From the sequence record SRR20825019_248: a DNA stretch of 37,957 nt; one strand, written 5' to 3'. The stretch's first letter is position 1; every line of letters begins with the position of its first letter. Below are positions 1-10,114 of the stretch, in pieces. Position numbers and translations under genes: made by a program. The notes below the pieces were generated by a model. That model searched no databases. It saw only the letters and a list, made by a program, of their open reading frames with translations, and was not told where the DNA came from.

Positions 1-69
1 ATTTGGCCGCGCAAATCCCTGACTCGCCATTAAGGCGAAATTAATCTATTGATTATAAACGATAGTCGA

Positions 70-1188
70 TTACTTGAACCTGCTTGCATCAAGCCAGTCA
101 TCGAAGTACACCGAGAGAGGATTGAAATCAAGGGATACGTTCAATACCTGTCGAATTACGTCGAGGTGTTCTCTCACTACTCGGCTTTCTTGGTGAGTGA
201 GAATAATTTCATATGCTAAGCTTCTCTCAATCCGGGATATTTTACTCAAATCTAACAAGATTTTTAGAGCTCTGTGTTGTGTTTGAGCCAGTAGGGCGGG
301 ATCTAGATTAGTAATACTAGTCTCATCAATGAGGCTATTAAGGAGGCCCTGTTCATTCTCAAAAATGGAGTTAACGATATTATAGATGTTTGTCGCTTCA
401 GAGCATTTTGAGCTCATGACAGCAATCAATTTGTCCCACTTAAGAGTATCTCTATAAGAGAACCATTCCCATGAGTGGATAGCATTTATAACTTTTGCGA
501 ACTCTGCCAAGTCTCTGGACAAAGTAATAATTTGCAAATTTTCATCTGTATGTATGAAAAATAGTCTAGAGCTTTCTGTGTAATTGGTTCGCTGAGATAG
601 AGGGATTAATTCTATTAAACGATCGTGTATTTCATAAATCCCTTTGTACTGTTCTGTGTAGAAGTTATCAGTACTTTCCTCTTTCAACCGGGACTCTAAA
701 GCAGAAAAATAAACTGGTAACTCTTCCAAAAGTTCATACTGAACTTTACTATCCAGAGAAAAGTCACCCTTCTTTGCATTGGGGTATAACGAGCTAAGTA
801 GCCATTCTGAGTTCAGTTCAAGTAACTGAAATTTATAGTGCCGTTCTGTTTCAGCTAAGAATGCTTTGAAAGAATCTTTAAATGATATGTAATTACTATA
901 AATATCTTGATCAAGTTGCCTCTGGCTCTGTGTAAATGTGAGTTCCACACGATATAGAGCTAACGACAAAGTGGATAGAATTATAGTTAAACCAAGCAGG
1001 TTTAGTGGAACTTCGAAAAGTTTAATGAATGAATCAATGCATTCTTTTGATAAGCAAAAGTATGGCCGTTTGTCGAAGTAAATAACCACCGTTGAGAACA
1101 AAGCTAGTACCAAAGGTGAAACAACAGTTAACCGAAAAAGAAAATACTCTTGTAACTTTGGAAGCGATGTGTGATTACTGTGGAGCAT
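70..1188 (-). CDS. AT-rich hypothetical membrane protein with 2 N-terminal TM helices; resembles retron Ec48-type/Abi-like 2TM effectors
   Basis: 372-aa ORF. Two hydrophobic segments (FLFRLTVVSPLVLALFSTVVIYF; PLNLLGLTIILSTLSLALY) flank an FCLSKEC loop. Sampled G+C is 21/60 at 541-600 versus 39/60 at 1441-1500 in polA. Confidence 0.75.
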   Translation of the reverse strand: MLHSNHTSLPKLQEYFLFRLTVVSPLVLALFSTVVIYFDKRPYFCLSKECIDSFIKLFEVPLNLLGLTIILSTLSLALYRVELTFTQSQRQLDQDIYSNYISFKDSFKAFLAETERHYKFQLLELNSEWLLSSLYPNAKKGDFSLDSKVQYELLEELPVYFSALESRLKEESTDNFYTEQYKGIYEIHDRLIELIPLSQRTNYTESSRLFFIHTDENLQIITLSRDLAEFAKVINAIHSWEWFSYRDTLKWDKLIAVMSSKCSEATNIYNIVNSIFENEQGLLNSLIDETSITNLDPALLAQTQHRALKILLDLSKISRIERSLAYEIILTHQESRVVREHLDVIRQVLNVSLDFNPLSVYFDDWLDASRFK

Positions 1189-1217
1189 AATTGCCAGTTG
1201 TTTCCATAACTAATGTC

Positions 1218-1239
1218 AAAAAGGCGAGCTAATGCGCCT
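1218..1239 (-). terminator. Weak intrinsic terminator-like hairpin overlapping the polA stop codon
   Basis: Minus strand reads AGGCG-cattagct-CGCCT-TTTT: 5-bp stem, 8-nt loop, short U tract. Confidence 0.35.
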
Positions 1240-3979
1240 GCTCCCAGTTATCCCCAGTCCCAAGCCCGACCTCTAACGGCACCTTCAAATCCGCCGCATT
1301 CATCATAAACTGCTCGATGGTGGTCTTCGCCATTTCCAGCTGATCTTTGGGCACTTCAAACACCAGTTCGTCATGCACCTGCATAATCATGCGGATGCCG
1401 GTATCTGCCCCGCATAGCCAGCCGTGAATGTCGATCATGGCGCGTTTGATAATATCGGCGGCGCTGCCCTGCATCGGGGCATTGATGGCGGTGCGCTCGG
1501 CATACTGGCGGCGCATGCCGTTGCTGGCATTAATTTCCGGCAAATACAGGCGACGACCGAAAATGGTTTCAACATAACCCTGTTTCTTGGCCTGTTCGCG
1601 GGTGTTGTCCATATACCGGCGTACGCCCGGATAGCGTTCGAAATAGGTGTTCATATAATCCGCGGCCTGATGGCGCTCAATCCCGAGTTGCTTGGAAAGG
1701 CCATGGGCGGACATGCCGTAAATCAGGCCGAAGTTAATGGCCTTGGCACTGCGGCGCTGGTCGCTGCTGACTTCATCCAGACTGAGGCCGAAAATTTCCG
1801 AGGCCGTGTGGCGGTGGATATCTTCGCCTTTGGCAAAGGCCTGTAGCAGGCTTTCATCGCCGGACAGATGCGCCATGATCCGTAGCTCGATTTGTGAATA
1901 GTCGGCGGCCAGCAGCACATAACCGTCGCTGGCGACAAACGCCTCACGGATGCGGCGGCCGTTTTCACTGCGGATAGGAATATTCTGCAGGTTCGGATCG
2001 GAAGAGGAGAGCCTGCCTGTTGCCGTGACGGCCTGATGATACGAAGTGTGTACTCGCCCCGTAGTTTTGTTAACCATCAATGGCAGCTTGTCGGTATAGG
2101 TGGATTTGAGCTTGCTCAGTCCCCGGTAGTTCATGATGATTTGTGGCAGTTCGTAGCCTTCATCAGCCAGTTCCTGCAACACTTCTTCTGCTGTGGAAGG
2201 GGCGCCTTTCGGGGTTTTCTTTTTGACCGGCAGGTTTTGTTTGTCGTAAAGAATTTCCTGCAACTGCTTGGGTGAGCCGAGATTAAAGGCCTGGCCGGCG
2301 GCTTCATGCGCCTGTTTTTCGAGCTCTTCAATCTGACGGGCCATATTGTCGCTTTGCTGCTGCAGCATCCAGATATCGATATTAACGCCATTGCGCTCCA
2401 GCGTATTGAGGACCGGTAACAGCGGCATTTCCAGCTCGGAGTAAACCTTCACTAACGGTGGAATCGCCTGCATCTTTGGCCACAGTACATGATGCAGTTG
2501 CAAGGTGATGTCGGCGTCTTCAGCCGCATAGGTGGCGGCTTCCTCGATACCGATCTGATTGAAGGTCAGCTGCTTTTTGCCTTTACCGGCAATATCTTCA
2601 AAGTGAATCGTGTCTCGACCCAGGTATTTTTGGGCCAAAGAGTCCATATCGTGGCGGGTGGCAGTGCTGTCGAGTACATAGGACTCGAGCATCGTGTCAT
2701 GGGCGATGCCTTTCATATCAATGCCGTGGTTCAGCAGCACATGACGATCATATTTGAGGTTCTGGCCGACTTTGAGTTTATTGGGATCTTCCAGCAACGG
2801 TTTGAGGTCCTGCATCACCTCATCGTAATCGAGCTGTGCCGGTGCGCCGGCATAGTCGTGATTCAGCGGCAGATAAGCCGCTTCGCCGGGTGTGATAGCA
2901 AATGAGACGCCGACAATACGGGCATCGAGATAGACCAGGCTGGTGGTTTCGGTATCAAAGGCAAACAGGTCGGCGTCTTTGAGTTTTTTTAGCCAGGTTT
3001 GCCAGTCTGCTTTAGTGAGAATGCAGTGATAATCCTGCTTGTTGCTGGTGTCGTTTTTAATGACTGCTGAGCCTGCGGTGACCGTCTGATCTGGACTGCC
3101 GGATTCCAGTTCACTGATCCAGCTGCGGAATTCGAACTGTTTGAATAGCGTCAGCAAAGCCTCTCGATCCTGAGGCTGGTGTTTGAGTTCCTCGACTTCA
3201 ATATCAAGTTCAACATCACATTTGATGGTAGCAAGTTCATAGCTGAGCTCAGCTAATGCTTTATTTTCTGCCAGTTTTTCCGGCATTTTTTTAGCGCCGC
3301 GAAAGTCCAGGTCCCTGACAGCTTCCAGGTTGGCATAAATGGCTTTAAGGTTGCCCATATTCTGTAAAAGCGACAGGGCGGTCTTTTCGCCGACACCGGG
3401 CACACCGGGGATGTTATCGACTTTATCGCCCATCAACGCCAGGAAATCGATGATATGTTCCGGCGGCAGACCGAATTTTTCCTTAACACCTTCGATATCC
3501 ATTTTAGTCTCGGTCATGGTATTGACCAGAGTGACATGCTGATTGACCAGCTGGGCCATATCCTTGTCGCCGGTACTGACGACGACATCCATGCCTTTTT
3601 CGGTGGCTTGTCTGGCGAGGGTGCCAATCACATCGTCGGCCTCGACGCCGTCAACACACAGCAGTGGCAGACCCATCGCCCGGATAATGTCGTAAATCGG
3701 TTCCACCTGCGGCCTTAAATCATCCGGCATCGGCGGGCGGTTGGCCTTGTACTCTTTGTAAATATCGTCGCGGAAGGTTTTACCTTTGGCATCGAATACC
3801 ACGGCGATATGGCTGTCGGGATAATCCGCGAGCAAACGGCGCAGCATGGACGTGACCCCCCTGATGGCGCCGGTTGGTTCTCCGGCTGAATTCCTGAGGT
3901 CTGCCTTGTACATAGCGTGATAGGCGCGGTACAGGTAGGAAGAACCGTCAACAAGAACAAGAGGGACAGATTGAGTCAT
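1229..3979 (-). CDS. polA: DNA polymerase I
   Basis: 916 aa. 5'-3' exonuclease N-terminus ([14 protein letters not shown]), proofreading motif DTETTSL, motif A (ADYSQIELR), motif B ([14 protein letters not shown]), motif C (QVHDELVFE). Confidence 0.99.
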   Translation of the reverse strand: MTQSVPLVLVDGSSYLYRAYHAMYKADLRNSAGEPTGAIRGVTSMLRRLLADYPDSHIAVVFDAKGKTFRDDIYKEYKANRPPMPDDLRPQVEPIYDIIRAMGLPLLCVDGVEADDVIGTLARQATEKGMDVVVSTGDKDMAQLVNQHVTLVNTMTETKMDIEGVKEKFGLPPEHIIDFLALMGDKVDNIPGVPGVGEKTALSLLQNMGNLKAIYANLEAVRDLDFRGAKKMPEKLAENKALAELSYELATIKCDVELDIEVEELKHQPQDREALLTLFKQFEFRSWISELESGSPDQTVTAGSAVIKNDTSNKQDYHCILTKADWQTWLKKLKDADLFAFDTETTSLVYLDARIVGVSFAITPGEAAYLPLNHDYAGAPAQLDYDEVMQDLKPLLEDPNKLKVGQNLKYDRHVLLNHGIDMKGIAHDTMLESYVLDSTATRHDMDSLAQKYLGRDTIHFEDIAGKGKKQLTFNQIGIEEAATYAAEDADITLQLHHVLWPKMQAIPPLVKVYSELEMPLLPVLNTLERNGVNIDIWMLQQQSDNMARQIEELEKQAHEAAGQAFNLGSPKQLQEILYDKQNLPVKKKTPKGAPSTAEEVLQELADEGYELPQIIMNYRGLSKLKSTYTDKLPLMVNKTTGRVHTSYHQAVTATGRLSSSDPNLQNIPIRSENGRRIREAFVASDGYVLLAADYSQIELRIMAHLSGDESLLQAFAKGEDIHRHTASEIFGLSLDEVSSDQRRSAKAINFGLIYGMSAHGLSKQLGIERHQAADYMNTYFERYPGVRRYMDNTREQAKKQGYVETIFGRRLYLPEINASNGMRRQYAERTAINAPMQGSAADIIKRAMIDIHGWLCGADTGIRMIMQVHDELVFEVPKDQLEMAKTTIEQFMMNAADLKVPLEVGLGTGDNWEQAH

Positions 3980-4035
3980 AAGCGTTGTGGCACCGTTTTT
4001 ATGAGAACTGACTGCTTTTCTCCGGGCAGCGGAAA

Positions 4036-4044
4036 TGCTATCTT
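4036..4044 (+). promoter_or_regulatory. Candidate extended -10 (TGCTATCTT) for DUF2782-thrB-waaC-hldE
   Basis: TGn plus TATCTT in the short polA/DUF2782 divergent gap. It overlaps TAGCAT on the minus strand (4035-4040), a possible polA -10. Confidence 0.4.
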
Positions 4045-4071
4045 AACTCCGAAATGACACGGAGCATTCTC

Positions 4072-4410
4072 ATGTTTAACAAAATCGCTATTGTATGCGC
4101 ACTTGCCCTGTTAATGACAGTGACTGTCCGGGCAGACGACACCGAATCGGTGATGGAAAAGCCGCCGGTGTTGCCTGAGCCAATGCAAAGCGGTGACAGC
4201 ATTGAGCCCGAAGTGAATATCATCCAGAAAGATGACCGCACTATCGAGGAATACCGCGTCAACGGCAAACTTTATATGATCAAAGTCACCCCTTCTGTGG
4301 GTAAACCCTATTATCTGACCGATACGGATGGTGACGGGTCCTTAGAGTCAAGACAATTCGAACTGGATTCAGGTCTGCTTGTGCCGAACTGGATCCTGTT
4401 GGAGTGGTAA
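4072..4410 (+). CDS. DUF2782 family exported protein
   Basis: Signal peptide (MFNKIAIVCALALLMTVTVRA) and IEEYRVNGKLYMIKVTP..GKPYYL.D.DGDG...VPNWILLEW signature. GGAG at 4061-4064 favours ATG 4072 over 4054. Confidence 0.85.
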   Translation: MFNKIAIVCALALLMTVTVRADDTESVMEKPPVLPEPMQSGDSIEPEVNIIQKDDRTIEEYRVNGKLYMIKVTPSVGKPYYLTDTDGDGSLESRQFELDSGLLVPNWILLEW

Positions 4411-4436
4411 GCACCACACGAATCTGAGCAGTTTTC

Positions 4437-5384
4437 ATGTCAGTTTATACTGAAGTCGGACGCGACGAATTGATCGCGTTTCTGGGAGAGTATGCGGTCG
4501 GTGATCTGGTGTCTTATCAGGGCATCAGTGCCGGCATAGAAAATACCAACTACTTTGTCAGCACCACTGAAGGTGAGTTTGTGCTGACATTGTTTGAGCA
4601 TCACGATTTCGGCGAACTCGCTTATTTTCTGGATGTGATGACATTTTACTATCAGCACGGTATCCCTTCTGCCCATCCTGCTGCCGACCGCGAAGGTCAT
4701 TATCTCAAAAAACTCTGTGGCAAACCGGCGGCGCTGGTTTTGCGTCTGGATGGTCGTGGTGTCGACGCTTTGGCGACCCCGGCTCAATGTGCAGCGATTG
4801 GTGAGATCCTGGCAGAAATGCATATTGCCGGTCTGGAATTCAAATCACGCCGTGCCAGTGAGCGCGGTCACGAATGGCGTCGGCAAACCGCCATGACCCT
4901 GCTACCGAAATTAAATGACGAGCAGGCCGCTATCCTTAAAAATGAGCTGGCTGTTCAGGCGGGCTATGAAGAACTGGACCTGCCCTGGGGCGTCACACAT
5001 TCCGATCTATTCCGCGATAACGCACTGTTTGATGGTGATGAGCTAAAGGGCATTATCGACTTTTACTACGCCAGTGATGAATACCTGCTTTATGACCTGG
5101 CAGTGGCCGTGAATGACTGGTGTGTCGATGACTCCGGGCTGCCTGAGCAAAGTCGTTATCAGGCTTTGATGCAGCACTATCAGGCAAAACGAGCGCTGAC
5201 AGAATCAGAGCTGGCCAATTGGAATCTGGTACTCAGAGCCGCGGCCTTGCGCTTCTGGCTATCGCGACTGCAGGATCAGCTGTTTCCGCGGGAAGGGGAG
5301 CTGACTCAGATTAAAAACCCGGATGCCTTTTTCAAAATCCTGATGCATCATCGCGATCATCCACTCAGTCTCGACTTTGACTGA
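4437..5384 (+). CDS. thrB: Homoserine kinase type II (APH/phosphotransferase family)
   Basis: MSVYT start, GIENTNYF, HSDLFRDNALF, GIIDFY, RAAALRFWLSRL. The polA-DUF2782-thrB synteny is as in Pseudomonas. Confidence 0.93.
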   Translation: MSVYTEVGRDELIAFLGEYAVGDLVSYQGISAGIENTNYFVSTTEGEFVLTLFEHHDFGELAYFLDVMTFYYQHGIPSAHPAADREGHYLKKLCGKPAALVLRLDGRGVDALATPAQCAAIGEILAEMHIAGLEFKSRRASERGHEWRRQTAMTLLPKLNDEQAAILKNELAVQAGYEELDLPWGVTHSDLFRDNALFDGDELKGIIDFYYASDEYLLYDLAVAVNDWCVDDSGLPEQSRYQALMQHYQAKRALTESELANWNLVLRAAALRFWLSRLQDQLFPREGELTQIKNPDAFFKILMHHRDHPLSLDFD

Positions 5385-5390
5385 AGCGTC

Positions 5391-6428
5391 ATGCGCGTTT
5401 TAATTATCAAACTGACATCGATGGGCGATCTGATGCATGCCTTGCCGGCGCTGACGGATGCCGCTCAGATTTATCCCGATATTGAATTTGACTGGGTGGT
5501 CGATAAGGCTTTCGCCGCGGTGCCCAAATGGCATCCCCGAGTCAGGAAAGTGATTACCACTTCCCATCGCAACTGGCGGCAAAGCTGGTTGGGCAGCCTC
5601 AGACAGGGGGAGTTGACCGGTTTTTATAAAGCGCTGAATGCGGATGAGTATGACGTCGTCGTTGATATGCAGAATAACCTCAAAAGCGCGCTGGTCAGTC
5701 TGCTCAGAAAAGGGCCGGTCTATGGGCTCGACAAATACAGCTGCCGGGAAAAACCGGCCCATCTGGCCTATCGCCACCCGATTAATGTGAATCCCGGTCA
5801 GCATGCGGTAGAGCGCATGCGTCAGATTCTGGCAGCCGCTTTAGGTTACAGCGTGCCTGATACGGCTGCAGATTATGGCATTCACCTCGCCCATTGCCAG
5901 TTACCACAACTGGATTTCCCGCTAACATGGCCGTATCTGATGCTGGTGCATAATGCCAGTTGGCTCACCAAGTTGTGGCCGGTCAAACACTGGCAGGCTG
6001 TGGTGCTGAAAGCCGCCGAAGCCGGCTATCAGTGCCTGCTGCCAAGCGGCAATGACGAAGAATATCAACGCGCCCGTCAGATAGCTTCAGTCAGCGATAA
6101 AGCTTTTGCGCTGCCCAGATTGCCACTGGATAATGTCGCTGCGCTGATGCAGGATGCCCAAGCGGTATTGGCCAGTGATACGGGCCTTGCGCATATGGCC
6201 GCCGTACTCGGCAGACCGGCGATTACCCTGTATGGCTCGACCGACACCCATCTTATCGGCACCTATGGTGATAAACAGCAGCACCTCATCACTGGCATGA
6301 CCTGTTCCCCCTGCTATAAGCGCCGCTGTCCCCTGCCCGAGTCGCATGATGGCCAACCGGTGTGCATGGCGGGCATGGAAGTCGACCAGGTCTGGCATAG
6401 ACTCGAAAGCCTTTTACAAGCACAATAA
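5391..6428 (+). CDS. waaC: Lipopolysaccharide heptosyltransferase I (GT9)
   Basis: MRVLIIKLTSMGDLMHALPALTDA, HAVERMR, DTGLAHMAA, LYGSTD. Confidence 0.9.
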   Translation: MRVLIIKLTSMGDLMHALPALTDAAQIYPDIEFDWVVDKAFAAVPKWHPRVRKVITTSHRNWRQSWLGSLRQGELTGFYKALNADEYDVVVDMQNNLKSALVSLLRKGPVYGLDKYSCREKPAHLAYRHPINVNPGQHAVERMRQILAAALGYSVPDTAADYGIHLAHCQLPQLDFPLTWPYLMLVHNASWLTKLWPVKHWQAVVLKAAEAGYQCLLPSGNDEEYQRARQIASVSDKAFALPRLPLDNVAALMQDAQAVLASDTGLAHMAAVLGRPAITLYGSTDTHLIGTYGDKQQHLITGMTCSPCYKRRCPLPESHDGQPVCMAGMEVDQVWHRLESLLQAQ

Positions 6429-6467
6429 CGCCATCATTAACTGGCAGCCGGCCTCACAAAATCTGAT

Positions 6468-7910
6468 ATGAAACATTCTTTTCCTGAATTTCATCTTGCA
6501 CGCGTTGCGGTTATCGGCGATCTGATGCTGGACCGCTTTTATTTCGGCAAAGCCAACCGGATTTCGCCGGAAGCGCCGGTGCCGGTAGTGAACATTGATC
6601 GTCTCGAAGATTTGCCGGGCGGTGCCGGCAATGTGGCGATGAATATTGCCTCGCTGGGCGCCAACTGCAGTATCAGCGGCCTGACCGGTGAAGATGAAGC
6701 CGCTGGGGTGCTTGAACAGCGCCTGCAGGCTGTCGGTATTAACTGCCTGTTTCACCGGGCAGCGGAAGCCGGCACCATTATCAAATCGCGGGTGATCAGC
6801 AGCCATCAACAGCTTATCAGGCTCGATTTTGAAAAGCGCTTTGAACCGGCATTGACTGAACAAATGCAGGGACTGGTTGGTAAGCTCATCGATCAGGCGC
6901 AGGTGATGGTACTGTCCGATTACAACAAGGGCACATTGTCTGATCCGCAGTTCTGGATTAATGAGGCCAAACAGAAAAATATCCGGGTACTGGTTGACCC
7001 TAAAGGAAGTGATTTCACTAAATATCGCGGTGCCGATCTGATCACGCCCAATATGACTGAATTTGAAGCTGTGGCGGGGCCGGTATCGTCTGAACAGGAT
7101 CTCATCAGCAAGGCGCAGACCCTGATCAAACAACTGGATATCCAGGCGATTCTGATTACCCGCAGTGAACATGGCATGACGCTGATCCGGGCTGATCAAC
7201 CCGAGTTCCATCTGCCGGCCATTGCCAAGGAAGTGGCTGATGTGACCGGAGCAGGAGATACCGTTATCTCAACGCTGGCCGCTGCCCTGGCTGCCGGTGC
7301 TGATCTGGAGCATGCGGTCACGCTGGCGAATGTCGCAGCCAGTATTGTGGTCAGCAAATTGGGCACCTCAACAGTCAGTGGCCCGGAACTGAAAGCGGAG
7401 TATGAGCGCCATCAGGGGCTACATAAAAGCGACCACAGCATTGCCGGTGCAGTCACGGTAGAACAGTTGAAAATAGCCGTCGATCAGGCCAAGCAGCGTG
7501 GTGAAAAAATCGTCTTTACCAATGGCTGCTTCGATATCCTGCATGCTGGTCACGTGACTTATCTGCAGCAGGCCAGAAAGCTGGGTGACAGACTGATCGT
7601 GGCCATCAATGCGGATGAATCAGTCACCAAACTGAAAGGCGAAGGTCGTCCGATTAATACCGCGGAAAGACGTTTGACGGTGCTGGCCGGTCTGGCTGAT
7701 GTGGACTGGGTTACCTGCTTTCCCGGCGATACCCCGGAAGAGCTGCTACGCCTGATTCAGCCCGATGTGCTGGTGAAGGGCGGCGACTATGACAAAAAAG
7801 GCGTGGTTGGCTGGGAAATCGTTGAAGGCTACGGCGGTGAAGTGAAAGTCATGGGATTGGTAGAAAACTGCTCCACCACGGCAATCGTTAATAAAATCAA
7901 TCAGAAGTAG
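6468..7910 (+). CDS. hldE: Bifunctional heptose-7-phosphate kinase / heptose-1-phosphate adenylyltransferase
   Basis: GDLMLDR..RISPEAPVPV, PfkB DVTGAGDT motif, cytidylyltransferase FTNGCFDILHAGH and LVKGGDY. Confidence 0.97.
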   Translation: MKHSFPEFHLARVAVIGDLMLDRFYFGKANRISPEAPVPVVNIDRLEDLPGGAGNVAMNIASLGANCSISGLTGEDEAAGVLEQRLQAVGINCLFHRAAEAGTIIKSRVISSHQQLIRLDFEKRFEPALTEQMQGLVGKLIDQAQVMVLSDYNKGTLSDPQFWINEAKQKNIRVLVDPKGSDFTKYRGADLITPNMTEFEAVAGPVSSEQDLISKAQTLIKQLDIQAILITRSEHGMTLIRADQPEFHLPAIAKEVADVTGAGDTVISTLAAALAAGADLEHAVTLANVAASIVVSKLGTSTVSGPELKAEYERHQGLHKSDHSIAGAVTVEQLKIAVDQAKQRGEKIVFTNGCFDILHAGHVTYLQQARKLGDRLIVAINADESVTKLKGEGRPINTAERRLTVLAGLADVDWVTCFPGDTPEELLRLIQPDVLVKGGDYDKKGVVGWEIVEGYGGEVKVMGLVENCSTTAIVNKINQK

Positions 7911-7913
7911 AGC

Positions 7914-8106
7914 AACCACAGAGGCACAGAGGGCACAGAGAAAAACTTCCAGCCAGTAAGCGGTTTCATCACTTTACGGTCAATTAGTTATACTTTCTAA
8001 TCCTCGATAAAAATAGATTCAAGCCTTCTTTTAAAGACCAAAAATATAACCCAGACTCTGCAAAAGGAGGCTCAAATACCTTTGTGTACTCTGTGTCTCT
8101 GTGGTT
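7914..8106. mobile_element. 193-bp MITE/REP-like element with 27-bp imperfect terminal inverted repeats built from CACAGAG units
   Basis: Left arm 7914-7940 is aaccacagaggcacagagggcacagag. Reverse complement of the right arm 8080-8106 is aaccacagagacacagagtacacaaag (23/27 identical). The interior is AT-rich and non-coding and fills the gap between convergent genes. Confidence 0.65.
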
Positions 8107-8111
8107 ATAAA

Positions 8112-8921
8112 TTACTTACTGATCGCTAAGATGGCTTTAGCGACATTATCCTTCAGATGGTCCGGGTTAATCGTGCCGATAATCACGCTGCTCACTGCCG
8201 GCTCACTGAATATAAAATCAAAATTGGCCTGAACAATATCCGTGTTTTCTGACACTTGCGTCATATGCCCGCTGCCCAGGGCTTTTTTGATAAAAATGCC
8301 TTTGTTTTTTCTGGCCGCTTCATCAATGACTGCCTGTTCGTCCCGATACTGCAGGTTATGCATCACCATAGCCGCATCCGCGCGTTCCAATGCCAGCAGG
8401 CCGCCTTCCACTGTTTTGCTAGACATTCCGGTAGCACGGATCAGGCCGCGTTGTTTTAATTCCTCGAGTGTGTCCAGAGCGCCATCTTGCTCAATGATCT
8501 GTTGATCGTTACCGTCTGAGTGAATCAGCACAATATCCAGTACATCACGACGTAATTGTCTGAGGCTGTTTTCAACGCTGCGAATGATGGATTCCGGGCT
8601 GAAGTCGTAATGTGATTCGCCACTGACGGGGTCAAAATATTCACCGGCTTTGGTGGCGATAACCCAATCATGTGGCAGTTGGGGCAGTAACTGACCCAGC
8701 CGACTTTCGCTATTGCCGTAGGCCGGGGCTGTATCAATCAGGTTAATGCCTAAATCCCAGGCGAGAGCCAGCAGCTCCAAAGCCTGTTTATCATCAGGAA
8801 TTTTGAACCCAGCCGGATATTTAACCGCTTTATCCCGACCTAGTTTAACGGTGCCCAGACCCAGTGGTGAGACGGCAACGCCGGTATTGGCAATCTCTCT
8901 GCGTTGTGTCAGAGGATTCAT
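8112..8921 (-). CDS. Aldo/keto reductase (Pseudomonas PA4992-like, from memory)
   Basis: LGLGTVK, IDTAPAYG (catalytic D, Y), IATKAG (K), VLIHSD (H), SVENSLRQL. Confidence 0.9.
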   Translation of the reverse strand: MNPLTQRREIANTGVAVSPLGLGTVKLGRDKAVKYPAGFKIPDDKQALELLALAWDLGINLIDTAPAYGNSESRLGQLLPQLPHDWVIATKAGEYFDPVSGESHYDFSPESIIRSVENSLRQLRRDVLDIVLIHSDGNDQQIIEQDGALDTLEELKQRGLIRATGMSSKTVEGGLLALERADAAMVMHNLQYRDEQAVIDEAARKNKGIFIKKALGSGHMTQVSENTDIVQANFDFIFSEPAVSSVIIGTINPDHLKDNVAKAILAISK

Positions 8922-10114
8922 GAAAAAGCCCTATCCCATAGCGTTTCTGCCATTCCGGGGTGTGGATAATCCGGATTATGATGATCGCCGGCTTTCAGTT
9001 CGGCAGATTCCAGCGCCGCCAGCATTTGATCAGCCAGATCCGGCGCCAGCGCCAGCTTGGTCGGCCAGCAGACATGCAGATTGTGGTTGCTGCTGATAAA
9101 GGCACTGTCCGGGCGGCTCAGACTGGATTGCTTGGGCTCAGCACGGTTGACCGGATGCGTGGCCCATTCCAGATCAGGCAAGGTCACCCAGGGCAGAATG
9201 TCTGCCAATAACGCTCTGGCCTCGGCAACCAGCTGGTCATGACTTTTATTGACGCCTTCTTCGGCGATATTACCGCCGATATACCAGACCACGTTGCCGT
9301 GCTTATCTTTGTGGCTGGAAATGGTTGCAATTGGCTTGGAACCACTGCCCAGACTGTGGGCGTAGATTATCGGCAGGGGATGATCCCGTTGCTTGCTTTT
9401 ACAAAGCACCATTTGCAATGGACGGCGTTGCATTTCAGGCTGCTGCTGTGACAAGCCCTGCAACAGTTTTTCATTGCCTTCACCGGCAGTGAGTACAAAG
9501 TGCTGCGCCTTGATTTCATAGTCATCGCCTATCACCAAAGACGACACGGGACCGGCTGAAGGTTGCCATTGATACTCAGCCTCCCGGGCTACCGCGAGCA
9601 TACGCTGCTGCCAGGGTTTGATCAGTTCATCAAGCAGACTGACAACATCCAGCACCGGTTCATCCAGTTGATAAAGTGTGCCTTTAAAGGCTTTGTCGGC
9701 AAATATAGCCGGGCGGTTTTCTTTTTTGACCGGCTGCATTCGACTGCGCAGCGCTTTGCTGGCGAAAAAGGAGACCATCTTCGAAGATAAGCGATCTCTG
9801 GACCAGAGTAGTTGATGCTCGGTGAGTTTCTTAACGCCGGATAAATCTATCTCCCCCTGACCTTCAAGACAGTTTTTCCAGCGGCTGGGCATACTGCTGA
9901 TAACCTGCGATGCTTTGGACAGAATGCCGTTCAGTGCGTACTTACTGCCACCATGAATAATGCCCTGTGAGCTCAGAGTCTGGCCGCGACCGATTTCGCT
10001 GTTTTCAAGCAGCAGGGCATGAAAGCCCAGATCATTAAGCCGGCGATGAAGCCATAGACCGGCAATACCGGCCCCGATGATGACGACGTCGGTAGTAAGC
10101 TGCTGTCGACTCAT
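8918..10114 (-). CDS. FAD-dependent oxidoreductase, GlpD/DAO-like fold (Pseudomonas PA4991-like, from memory)
   Basis: DVVIIGAGIAG dinucleotide-binding motif, GQTLSSQGIIHGGSKY, LTAGEGN, WPTKLALAP. Confidence 0.88.
   Translation of the reverse strand: MSRQQLTTDVVIIGAGIAGLWLHRRLNDLGFHALLLENSEIGRGQTLSSQGIIHGGSKYALNGILSKASQVISSMPSRWKNCLEGQGEIDLSGVKKLTEHQLLWSRDRLSSKMVSFFASKALRSRMQPVKKENRPAIFADKAFKGTLYQLDEPVLDVVSLLDELIKPWQQRMLAVAREAEYQWQPSAGPVSSLVIGDDYEIKAQHFVLTAGEGNEKLLQGLSQQQPEMQRRPLQMVLCKSKQRDHPLPIIYAHSLGSGSKPIATISSHKDKHGNVVWYIGGNIAEEGVNKSHDQLVAEARALLADILPWVTLPDLEWATHPVNRAEPKQSSLSRPDSAFISSNHNLHVCWPTKLALAPDLADQMLAALESAELKAGDHHNPDYPHPGMAETLWDRAFS

Noticed and set aside
1214-1219. Perfect TTGACA on the minus strand upstream of the 2TM gene
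   Set aside because: No acceptable -10 at 16-18 bp spacing.
32-1233. AAGGCGA..TAAT on both sides of the AT-rich gene (32-45 and 1221-1233) as a possible target duplication/att pair
   Set aside because: Only 7 contiguous identical bases plus a gapped TAAT, and no integrase in view.
6414-7211. 265-aa ORF antisense to hldE, and the many other short overlapping ORFs in the track
   Set aside because: Shadow frames of conserved genes with no independent coding evidence.
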